DNA of 63,775 bases, counting the filler, from Octopus bimaculoides (Eukaryota), in the NCBI RefSeq assembly GCF_001194135.2. It is 6 parts of 6 records of this genome, joined end to end, with 100 filler letters (N's around TTAATTAATTAA, not from the genome) between each part and the next. Parts side by side here need not be neighbours in the genome. Positions count along the whole stretch, not along the records: positions 1 to 15,435 come from NC_068982.1; 5 more parts are not named here. One strand, given 5' to 3'. Each line of letters begins with the position of its first letter. Positions within the stretch are counted from its first letter, which is position 1. This document shows positions 1-10,936 of the stretch, one piece after another. Both the position numbers and the translations under genes were made by a program. The notes beneath the pieces were generated by a model, which did not search any database, had not been told where the DNA came from, and saw only the letters and a list, made by a program, of their open reading frames with translations.

Positions 1-322
1 ATATATATAGTTTGCACGTATACTTATATAGACTGCTCAGGTAGGTATATTGTTTATGTAGGTATATACGTACCAATGCCTGCAAGTGTAAAGTCTCGTA
101 ACATAGAAAGAAAAAAAAAGGAAAGAAATAGGAGAGAAGGACAAAGAAGACGACGAGCGAATGTCGAGTGCTGGACACTTCAACTACGCAGGAAACTGTT
201 GAGAGGAACGCTACTCTCACACTTTGCTGAACGTGTGTGTGTGTGCATGCGTGCGTGTGTGTGTATGTGCGCGTGTATGTGATTTGCACATCTGTTTTGT
301 TTATACATACATACATATACAT

Positions 323-607
323 GTTGTCGGCACTCCGTCGCTTACGACAACGAGGGTTCCAGTTGATCCGATCGACGGAACAGCCTGTTTGAGAAATTAA
401 CGTGCAAGTGGCTGAGCACTCCACAGACACGTGAGAGAAAGTTGTGGTGGAAGAGTACAGCAGGGTTCGCCACCATCCCCTGCCGGAGCCTCGTGGAGCT
501 TTTAGGTGTTTTCGCTCAATAAACACTCACAACGCCCGGTCTGGGAATTGAAACCGCAATCCTATGACCGCGAGTCCGCTGCCCTAAGCACTGGGCCGTT
601 GCGCCTC
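323..607 (-). mobile_element. tRNA-derived SINE, family A, internally deleted copy
   Basis: Reverse complement of 530-607 is a tRNA-like head (gaggcgcaacggcccagtgcttagggcagcggactcgcgg...ggtttcaattcccagacc). The body matches 36069-36445 and 59313-59700 but lacks about 80-90 bp after cagacacgtg. Confidence 0.85.
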
Positions 608-640
608 CATACATAGATACATACATACATACATATACAT

Positions 641-762
641 GTTGTCGGCACTCCGTCGCTTACGACAACGAGGGTTCCAGTTGATCCGATCGACGGAACA
701 GCCTGTTTGAGAAATTAACGTGCAAGTGGCTGAGCACTCCACAGACACGTGAGAGAAAGTTG
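641..762 (-). repeat. Duplicate of the 3' part of the SINE at 323-444, running into an N gap
   Basis: Matches 323-444, including the same deletion junction and the upstream (TACA)n flank. Confidence 0.85.
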
Positions 763-2039
763 NNNNNNNNNNNNNNNNNNNNNNNNNNNNNNNNNNNNNN
801 NNNNNNNNNNNNNNNNNNNNNNNNNNNNNNNNNNNNNNNNNNNNNNNNNNNNNNNNNNNNNNNNNNNNNNNNNNNNNNNNNNNNNNNNNNNNNNNNNNNN
901 NNNNNNNNNNNNNNNNNNNNNNNNNNNNNNNNNNNNNNNNNNNNNNNNNNNNNNNNNNNNNNNNNNNNNNNNNNNNNNNNNNNNNNNNNNNNNNNNNNNN
1001 NNNNNNNNNNNNNNNNNNNNNNNNNNNNNNNNNNNNNNNNNNNNNNNNNNNNNNNNNNNNNNNNNNNNNNNNNNNNNNNNNNNNNNNNNNNNNNNNNNNN
1101 NNNNNNNNNNNNNNNNNNNNNNNNNNNNNNNNNNNNNNNNNNNNNNNNNNNNNNNNNNNNNNNNNNNNNNNNNNNNNNNNNNNNNNNNNNNNNNNNNNNN
1201 NNNNNNATATATAATACTTTTAATTAATTCTTTTAATTAATGTATTCAAAAACAGTAGTATGCGGATGTTCATTTTGCATGCACACTGACGTATACATAC
1301 AGACATATACACACTCATAGACACGCATATATACACAGAATCACATACGTACAAACATACATGCATGCACACCTGCGATCATACATATATACATATACAT
1401 GCATACAAACATGCTTACATGCATACGCATACACGCCAACTGCATCTGCAGCAGCGATAAGAACAACAGAAGCAACCACAACAGTAATTGTAGTGGCGGT
1501 AGTAGTAGTAATAGCAGCAGCAGCAGGAGGCTTAGTTTGGGCGGTGGACACAGTCTCGCAGCGATTTGCTGTCTTCGTTGTCATTTCTAAAATGCAACGA
1601 CGGTTTGCAAGTGACCGCCAAAGCCAGGACAACAGACTCTTTGGAAAGCGGCCAAGCGATTAAAACATGTCTTTCGTTTTCGTCATTTATCTAATGTCCA
1701 GCCACGAGGCGTCGTCATTCCTAGTAAAAACCCTTTTATTCAAACATGAATTCCACATCCTGTAACCGTCGCAGCCCCTTGGTGCAAAATGGCCGGAAGG
1801 GTAGCACCGACACATATGTATCCACTCAGATATTTTCACAAGCGTTTATGATGTCGTCTTTCATCGTCTTTCACTGCTCTGCAGATTCGGAATACAGCAT
1901 ACACTCGTGTGCATGTATGTATGTATGTATGTATGCATGTATGTATGTATGTATGTATGTATGTATGTATGTATGTGTGTATGTATGTACGTATGTACGT
2001 ATGTATGTATGCATGTATGCATGTGTGTATGAATGCATG

Positions 2040-2070
<31 letters not shown>

Positions 2071-2175
2071 TAAATATATACTTTTTTAAAACAAATTTTA
2101 CAAAATATATATAGTATCTGTTAACAGTCTTAGCAAAAAGCTCACAGTTGAGTTTTTGTATATATATATGTATAC

Positions 2176-2348
2176 ATGTCTCTTAAAAGATAGGGCTCAA
2201 AATCAATGCATTGAAGATACTTTATTGCAGCAACAATTATAATAACAGAAACAATTATAATAATAATTGTTGTTTCTGTTATTATAATTGTTGCTGCAAT
2301 AAAGTATCTTCAATGCATTGATTTTGAGCTCTATCTTTTAAGAGACAT
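2176..2348. mobile_element. Palindromic foldback / MITE-like element in (TA)n
   Basis: Near-perfect arms of ~80 bp (atgtctcttaaaagatagggctcaaaatcaatgcattgaagatac... / ...gtatcttcaatgcattgattttgagctctatcttttaagagacat), TA-rich flanks, no ORF. Confidence 0.75.
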
Positions 2349-4157
2349 ATATGTATATATATATATATATATGTTTGTGTGTGTATGTATGTATATAAGG
2401 ATATTACAGTTGATAATTTACAATAATATCAGTGGTTAGCATGCGTGAAAGAATGATAAAGGCAAAATTATCAGTATATAATGAAATGTACTACTTGTAG
2501 CACTAGCATGCTAAAGATAGCAGTCAAAACGACTGAAAAACCAGTTTTCACTTGGACACAAGGGCGAAATAGAGGGAACGAGCAGTAAAATTTTAAGACC
2601 CCGTACCATAGTGAAAAAAAAATCGAAAACGAAATGAGACATACCCATATCACAGTGATTTCAAACTTTGTGAATGATCACTTTGTTCTCATCAGTGAGT
2701 AATACTGACCCAGGACCAAAGAACTTGCCCGCTTTATTCATGAGGTCGATAATCATTTTTAACTCCGCGCCAAATTTAAAAGGATGATCGAAGTGAATAA
2801 AAATTATAAAAATATATAAGGATATTGTGTACCTGTGCGTTTGCCTATATATGCATGATTACATAGAAGCACACGCGTGTGTATGCGAGCGCTTGTAAAC
2901 ACATGGGCACGAACAAGAAGGAAATAATGTACTCAATACTGACAGAGTAGATTCAATTTCTTATTCAAGGCATAGCTTCAAAACTCAATACTCTGAGTTC
3001 CGCAATTCCGATTTTCAGATGGAATTGTAGAATGAAGCATAAGAAAGTTGTTTACAGGGGCTGGAATAATAATATTTGTATAGTATAAGGGCGGAAGATA
3101 CATATTAACTGGGTCCACGACTGTAGCACACAAAGTAAGATATTACGCGCGCGCGCGTATATATATATATATATATATNNNNNNNNNNNNNNNNNNNNNN
3201 NNNNNNNNNNNNNNNNNNNNNNNNNNNNNNNNNNNNNNNNNNNNNNNNNNNNNNNNNNNNNNNNNNNNNNNNNNNNNNNNNNNNNNNNNNNNNNNNNNNN
3301 NNNNNNNNNNNNNNNNNNNNNNNNNNNNNNNNNNNNNNNNNNNNNNNNNNNNNNNNNNNNNNNNNNNNNNNNNNNNNNNNNNNNNNNNNNNNNNNNNNNN
3401 NNNNNNNNNNNNNNNNNNNNNNNNNNNNNNNNNNNNNNNNNNNNNNNNNNNNNNNNNNNNNNNNNNNNNNNNNNNNNNNNNNNNNNNNNNNNNNNNNNNN
3501 NNNNNNNNNNNNNNNNNNNNNNNNNNNNNNNNNNNNNNNNNNNNNNNNNNNNNNNNNNNNNNNNNNNNNNNNNNNNNNNNNNNNNNNNNNNNNNNNNNNN
3601 NNNNNNNNNNNNNNNNNNNNNNNNNNNNNNNNNNNNNNNNNNNNNNNNNNNNATATATATATATATATATATATATATATAACCAAAAAGGAAAAGTTCA
3701 TTTGACACAAGTAGTGACAGAGGATGTAGGGTAGCACCTACATACTAGCAACAACAGTCAAACACCTTTAGGGTCACAAAAAGCACCTTGTCTATGTACT
3801 GACAGGGGAGATAACCGCTCCATAGCAAGTGAGGTTACGATACTAGCAAGCTTGTTTCAGTTGGAATTAAAACTCATCAGAAGTGATCACTACATCACTG
3901 ATGGTTAAGCTAACTCCTATCTATCTGTATACAGTATTTACCATATGAATCAATGGATGATCCAGCGAAATGGTGATGTGGAGATTATAACATAACGAAG
4001 GTAGCTAGATGCAATATAAAGCCATGAAGGAAAAATTCAATTGTCCCTAATAGTGCCTGAAGGTGCAATACTAATAACCTCGTGTTAGAACTCCATTTAC
4101 ATCAGCTTCAGAATAAAGCGTTTGGCGAATACAAAATGTAAAATGAAATTAAATAAA

Positions 4158-4410
4158 TTACATCAGCTTCATAAGTTTGCAGCTGTTTCTGCTATACCTT
4201 GCAGTGCAGAGCTGGTTGTTTGTGCAACACCTTATAGCATCCTCAGAGCTTCCATAATGAAGTGAAAGTTTATTTGGGAAAGCGGTTAAAAATAAACTCG
4301 CACTTTATTTTAGAGGCTCTGAGGAAGCTAAAAGGTGATACACGAGCACTCAGCTCTGTACTGCATCATGTAGCAGAGACAGCTATAAGCTTGTGAAGTT
4401 GATTATGTAA
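4158..4410. repeat. Degenerate long inverted repeat (foldback)
   Basis: Reverse complement of 4158-4250 aligns with ~4316-4410 (gctctgagga(t/a)gcta(t/a)aaggtg...cagctctg(c/t)actgca...tagcaga(a/g)acagct...tgaag(c/t)tgat). Inner arms extend toward a centre near 4280. Confidence 0.7.
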
Positions 4411-4639
4411 GTTTTATTGCCTTGTTATTTATAATAATCTCTTATATATATAGATATATTTTTATTATTTATTTATGAGTTTCATCCAAGTGGCTGTGGT
4501 CATGCTGGAGCACTACCGTGATTTTCCGTCTTTATGCTGTGCTCTCTTCACGTTCCTTGCATGGCTCTTCTCCTCCACCTGATATGGCCAATCAAGAGTT
4601 TTGATGGCACNNNNNNNNNNCTCCACCTGATATGGCCAA

Positions 4640-4789
4640 TCAAGAGTTTTGATGGCACATCTGGTGTATAAGAGAATTTGACATCGCTGCCCTAAACTGT
4701 GTCTCATTTCGAGCCATTGGTTCGTCTGGCATCGTGGAGAGGAAAGCGTCGAGTTTTGTCTTGAAAACCTCCATATCCATGTCTTGCAG
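4640..4789 (-). mobile_element. LINE reverse-transcriptase C-terminal remnant (CR1/L2-like)
   Basis: Minus-strand translation LQDMDMEVFKTKLDAFLSTMPDEPMARNETQFRAAMSNSLIHQMCHQNS* carries the FK..LD.FL...PD.P...SNSL motif typical of CR1-group ORF2 ends. Confidence 0.7.
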
Positions 4790-4865
4790 GTATATATATC
4801 TATCTATCTATCTCTCTCTCTCTATATATGTATATATATATATATATNNNNNNNNNNNNNNNNNN

Positions 4866-4948
<83 letters not shown>

Positions 4949-5228
4949 GCATGAGCATGCAATAGTCTATGTCCATGCTATGGCAGGGGGGGAAAAAAAG
5001 CGGCTAATTGTATTATCAGCTGTTACTTGGCAGGGAAAGCACACAACATATGTTTGTGATGAAATATTTACACATAACATGTTGGACTTCCGACTTGGTT
5101 CATTATGGTTAGTAACACGCTGAATTAGACGAGACAAACACAAACTACGTTATGTACAGGATGCACACAGACACACACGTGCACCTATGCACGCACACAC
5201 ACACACACACATAAATAGATACATACAT

Positions 5229-5342
<114 letters not shown>

Positions 5343-5504
5343 CTATACGTGCTTGTGTGGTTGTAACACGTTAATACCTACATAAGACGAGGTAAAAATC
5401 CACCTTTAATGGTGTGTTATAGAAAATCTTTAAGATATTAATTAAATGTTTAAAACTTTGGAAGGAAATAGGAAATCGATAACTTCAATAGCCAAGAAAC
5501 AGCG

Positions 5505-5512
5505 GTATCATT

Positions 5513-5581
<69 letters not shown>

Positions 5582-5630
5582 GCTGTTGTTGTTGTTGTTG
5601 TTATTATTATTACTATTATTTTTATTATTA
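5505..5630. repeat. Compound trinucleotide microsatellite (ATC)n(ATT)n(GTT)n
   Basis: Read directly from sequence. Confidence 0.95.
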
Positions 5631-5742
5631 ATATTGCTGTCATGATTTTTATTTGTTTTTCTTGTGCTTTTTAGCTTATGTACGTTTATGTATATACACA
5701 TTAATCGTGGAACATTCACATCCACACACACACACACACACA

Positions 5743-5777
<35 letters not shown>

Positions 5778-6207
5778 NNNNNNNNNNNNNNNNNNNNNNN
5801 NNNNNNNNNNNNNNNNNNNNNNNNNNNNNNNNNNNNNNNNNNNNNNNNNNNNNNNNNNNNNNNNNNNNNNNNNNNNNNNNNNNNNNNNNNNNNNNNNNNN
5901 NNNNNNNNNNNNNNNNNNNNNNNNNNNNNNNNNNNNNNNNNNNNNNNNNNNNNNNNNNNNNNNNNNNNNNNNNNNNNNNNNNNNNNNNNNNNNNNNNNNN
6001 NNNNNNNNNNNNNNNNNNNNNNNNNNNNNNNNNNNNNNNNNNNNNNNNNNNNNNNNNNNNNNNNNNNNNNNNNNNNNNNNNNNNNNNNNNNNNNNNNNNN
6101 NNNNNNNNNNNNNNNNNNNNNNNNNNNNNNNNNNNNNNNNNNNNNNNNNNNNNNNNNNNNNNNNNNNNNNNNNNNNNNNNNNNNNNNNNNNNNNNNNNNN
6201 NNNNNNN

Positions 6208-6239
<32 letters not shown>

Positions 6240-8869
6240 TATATATATATATGTATATACCTACATATACATACATAATTTTATATGTGTATGTGTGTGT
6301 ATGTGTGTGTGTATGTATGTAGGATGTTCAAGATGTACATATATATACCTCGCTTAGACCTACAATCCATGGCTGCATGCATACACACATACAATCCATA
6401 CATGCATGCTTATAGATGTGTGTATATATGTATACACCCATACACAGATGTACATACATAAAACACACACGTTGTCTTTTTTTATATTTGTTCAAGAAAC
6501 TTCAACCTCTTTTTCTTAAAAGGAAAAAAAAAAAAAAACAAACAATAAAACATTACCGTAAAAACAATCCAACTTAATTCTGTTGACGTTACCAGATGTG
6601 CAAGGTTTATATCTGGGTGTGTGAATGCGAGAGGCTGTTGTAAAGCAGGGTACATGGTCGTGTGTGTATGTATGTGTAGGAGTGTGTGTGATTGTGTGCA
6701 TTTTTGGGTGTGTATATGTTTGTGTGTACGTGTAGGAGTGTGCGTGTGTGTGAATGTGTGTGAGCGGGAGCGAGTGTGTGCTTTTGTGTGCGCGTGTATG
6801 TACGTGCGTGAGTGTATGCGTGTGTATTTGTGTGTATATGTGATTGTTTGTGTATGTGTNNNNNNNNNNNNNNNNNNNNNNNNNNNNNNNNNNNNNNNNN
6901 NNNNNNNNNNNNNNNNNNNNNNNNNNNNNNNNNNNNNNNNNNNNNNNNNNNNNNNNNNNNNNNNNNNNNNNNNNNNNNNNNNNNNNNNNNNNNNNNNNNN
7001 NNNNNNNNNNNNNNNNNNNNNNNNNNNNNNNNNNNNNNNNNNNNNNNNNNNNNNNNNNNNNNNNNNNNNNNNNNNNNNNNNNNNNNNNNNNNNNNNNNNN
7101 NNNNNNNNNNNNNNNNNNNNNNNNNNNNNNNNNNNNNNNNNNNNNNNNNNNNNNNNNNNNNNNNNNNNNNNNNNNNNNNNNNNNNNNNNNNNNNNNNNNN
7201 NNNNNNNNNNNNNNNNNNNNNNNNNNNNNNNNNNNNNNNNNNNNNNNNNNNNNNNNNNNNNNNNNNNNNNNNNNNNNNNNNNNNNNNNNNNNNNNNNNNN
7301 NNNNNNNNNNNNNNNNNNNNNNNNNNNNNNNNNNNNNNNNNNNNNNNNNNNNNNNNNNNNNNNNNNNNNNNNNNNNNNNNNNNNNNNNNNNNNNNNNNNN
7401 NNNNNNNNNNNNNNNNNNNNNNNNNNNNNNNNNNNNNNNNNNNNNNNNNNNNNNNNNNNNNNNNNNNNNNNNNNNNNNNNNNNNNNNNNNNNNNNNNNNN
7501 NNNNNNNNNNNNNNNNNNNNNNNNNNNNNNNNNNNNNNNNNNNNNNNNNNNNNNNNNNNNNNNNNNNNNNNNNNNNNNNNNNNNNNNNNNNNNNNNNNNN
7601 NNNNNNNNNNNNNNNNNNNNNNNNNNNNNNNNNNNNNNNNNNNNNNNNNNNNNNNNNNNNNNNNNNNNNNNNNNNNNNNNNNNNNNNNNNNNNNNNNNNN
7701 NNNNNNNNNNNNNNNNNNNNNNNNNNNNNNNNNNNNNNNNNNNNNNNNNNNNNNNNNNNNNNNNTATATATATATATATATATATATGAAGGCATGTGTC
7801 TGTTTAACGCATCATGTATGTGTGTATATGCACGCTGTTGTAATAAGCTGCAGAAGATATCTATAGATTTTTCTTAACGTTGTATGTTACGACGATAATA
7901 AACAATATGTCTGCTGTATGTTTGTGTTCCTGCTTTTACTGTCCGCCATCTTACTGTAGAATCATTATTTACACTCGAAGTAACACAAAGTGTTGACCGA
8001 AGCAAATCTATAACTGTATTCTAAAGGCACAGGCGAGGCTGTGTGGTTATAAGTTTGTTTTCCAACCACAGGATTCCGGGTTCCTTCCAAAGCTTTAAGA
8101 GTGGATTTAGCAGACAGAAACAGAAACACGTATATCAATTAGAATCAAGGGTAAGATTTATAAAGGATTTTATCAAGTAAAAACCAATTAAGTAAAAATT
8201 CATTCTAGCTATTAAATTTTATAAATATAATTATAAAATCTTAATAAGGGCAACTTCCGTAACATAGCGGTTCGGTGAAAGTAACCGATAGAATAAGTAC
8301 CAGATTTAAAAAAAACAACTGGTGTCGATTCATTCGACTAAGCTTCTTCAAGGTGGTGCCCAGCATGGCCACAGTATAACGACTGATGCAAGTGAAAGGA
8401 AAGATAAAAGATATATACACACACACACATATATATATGNNNNNNNNNNNNNNNNNNNNNNNNNNNNNNNNNNNNNNNNNNNNNNNNNNNNNNNNNNNNN
8501 NNNNNNNNNNNNNNNNNNNNNNNNNNNNNNNNNNNNNNNNNNNNNNNNNNNNNNNNNNNNNNNNNNNNNNNNNNNNNNNNNNNNNNNNNNNNNNNNNNNN
8601 NNNNNNNNNNNNNNNNNNNNNNNNNNNNNNNNNNNNNNNNNNNNNNNNNNNNNNNNNNNNNNNNNNNNNNNNNNNNNNNNNNNNNNNNNNNNNNNNNNNN
8701 NNNNNNNNNNNNNNNNNNNNNNNNNNNNNNNNNNNNNNNNNNNNNNNNNNNNNNNNNNNNNNNNNNNNNNNNNNNNNNNNNNNNNNNNNNNNNNNNNNNN
8801 NNNNNNNNNNNNNNNNNNNNNNNNNNNNNNNNNNNNNNNNNNNNNNNNNNNNNNNNNNNNNNNTATATA

Positions 8870-9027
8870 TATATATATGACAGGCTTCCACACAGTTTTC
8901 GTCGGTCAGTTTCACTCATAAACACTGTTCGGTCTATGGTAATAGTAGAAGACAGTGACCCAAGTTGCCGTGCAATAAGACTGAACACGGAACCGTATGG
9001 TAGAAAAACATGCTTCTTAACCACACG
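8870..9027 (-). mobile_element. tRNA-derived SINE, family C (CORE-like)
   Basis: Reverse complement resembles the cgtgtggttaagaagcatgtt...ggttccgtgttcagtc...ggcaacttgggtcactgtcttctact consensus seen at 10725 and 18600. Confidence 0.7.
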
Positions 9028-9929
9028 GTAATAAATAAACAAATACATAAATAAACAAACAAATAAATAAATAAACTAAATAAATATATAAAACCCAGGA
9101 ATATTTAAAACGAAACTAAGAAGTCTATGGTTTGGAATATTTAACAGAGAACAGAATCTTGCACTTATGTTTTGCCATTCCAAACTGATGTGGAACATTT
9201 TCTGTTTTAAATACGGCACAGTGGGAATATACTGCATTTAGCTGCCGCATGAAATAAACGGAGGCCAATTTTGATCGGTGGTGTGTTGCGAAGGTCAGAT
9301 ATGTCGTCTTTGACTCCATGCCATTCTTCATTACCAGATAGCACCGATGTTTTTATGCCGAACAAACAAGCATAAAAATGTGGAATCTATCCGACTAAAA
9401 GTCAGTGCTATGCTAGAACAAATCCATTTATATTCGCTTAACAAATCAAAGCAAGAATTCTTCACAGATTTGCAGTTTTTGATGGACGAACGAAAAATGC
9501 ATCGCAGAATGTTAAAGGAGACAAGTGGGGGAAAATAATTGGAATGGAAAAACAGCAAAATTCTTCAAAGACAATAATCTAAGGCTGAAAGCCTGGAAAT
9601 ATTACAAACAAAAATGAACAAAGGTCAGACTGTTAGAACCAACGAACTCTTGGGAAATGGTAAAATATGTGTATCGTAAAAATCACTACAAGGAATCGAA
9701 ACGTTTGGCGGAAGAGAAAACGGAATAAAATAACAGTAAAAATTGGAAGACAATTAGAGAGAATGCACCAGTTGAGGCTTTTAGAACCAACATGTTTTCT
9801 GGCTTGTAGTCAGCGATGTGTGGCGATGTTTTGGTTTGGAAACTTCAAGAAATGTGAATAATCGCTGGTAGCGATAATGGATTACTTAGAATGGTGGACA
9901 CCTAAGATTTTGTTGTTTACACGTAGAAT

Positions 9930-9967
<38 letters not shown>

Positions 9968-10084
9968 ATCTATCCCTCCCTCCCTCCCTCCCTCTCTCTC
10001 TCNNNNNNNNNNATAATCGCTGGTAGCGATAATGGATTACTTAGAATGGTGGACACCTAAGATTTTGTTGTTTACACGTAGAAT

Positions 10085-10129
<45 letters not shown>

Positions 10130-10231
10130 ATACACACACACACACGCTCGTGGCTTCGTGTCCCGCAGACAGCCTTCGACATTTTGTATACAAAGCTATT
10201 ATCTGTAGCTTTATTTAAGGCTGCCAGTTGC

Positions 10232-10430
10232 CAGAATCGTCGGCGCGTCGGACAAAATGCTTAGTGGCATTTCGTCCGTCATTACTTTCTGAGTTCAAAT
10301 TCAGCCGAGGTTGACTTTTCATCTCATCCTTTTGAGGAGGATAAAATATGCACCAGTTTTCTACTGCGGTCGATGTAATCGACTCCTCTTCCTCTCAAAA
10401 ACTGCTGGTCTTGAGCCAAAATATCATTAT
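10232..10430 (+). mobile_element. tRNA-derived SINE, family B
   Basis: gaatcgtcggcgcgtcggacaaaatgcttagtggcatttcgtc...gagttcaaattcagccgaggttgacttt; homologous to 21820, 29902 and 57265. Confidence 0.8.
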
Positions 10431-10724
10431 TAATAATCCAGTTGATTCGTTATTCTACCACCAGGTGGCGTCGTTGTCTTTTACTTTCTGGTATTTGTGT
10501 TATTGACCAGACAGATAGAAAAAGTGGAGAGGGATAAAGAGAGGGAGAGAGAAGTCAAAGTCAATCCCAGTGGGAATTGAACCCAAGTCGTAAAGAGACG
10601 TAACTAAACTATGTCAGACATTTAATAGGACGCTCCACCACTTTAATTATCCTACCATATGATGTAGTGAGTCTTGTTCCATCCTGGTTTAATTAATTAA
10701 GCAAATTAATGAAACAAAGGCGCA

Positions 10725-10881
10725 GGCAATACCGCGAGGTTAAAAAGCTCGCTTTGCTACCACAGGGTCTCGAGTTCAGTCCCATTGCGTGGTACCTTGG
10801 GCAAGTGTCTTCGACTATAGCCTCGACTCGACCAAAGCTTGTGAGCGGGTTTAGTGACGGAAACTGAAAGAAGCTCGTCGT

Positions 10882-10885
<4 letters not shown>
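10725..10885 (+). mobile_element. tRNA-derived SINE, family C (CORE-like ccttgggcaagtgtctt)
   Basis: tRNA-like head, then gttcagtcccattgcgtggtaccttgggcaagtgtcttc, ending in (CA)n. Confidence 0.8.

Positions 10886-10936
<51 letters not shown>

Noticed and set aside
530-607. tRNA-like sequences (also ~36370-36445, ~59620-59697, ~62770-62845)
   Set aside because: They are SINE heads continuous with shared bodies and tails, two with TSDs; no clean cloverleaf, so not tRNA genes.
1361-1663. ORF ending ...QDNRLFGKRPSD, suggestive of an amidated neuropeptide
   Set aside because: The N-terminus derives from microsatellite sequence, there is a single FGKR site, and no convincing signal peptide or splice context.
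4316-4360. CTGAGGA-agct-aaa-aggt-GATAC as a hammerhead
   Set aside because: GAAA and the cleavage triplet are absent, and the sequence is explained as one arm of the 4158-4410 foldback.
4571-4660. 40-bp direct repeat around a 10-N gap (likewise ~9860-9960 versus ~10013-10115)
   Set aside because: Identical sequence on both sides of a 10-N gap is an unmerged contig overlap.
9347-9538. 63-aa ORF with plausible composition
   Set aside because: No recognisable motif and no good splice sites; neighbouring frames are closed.
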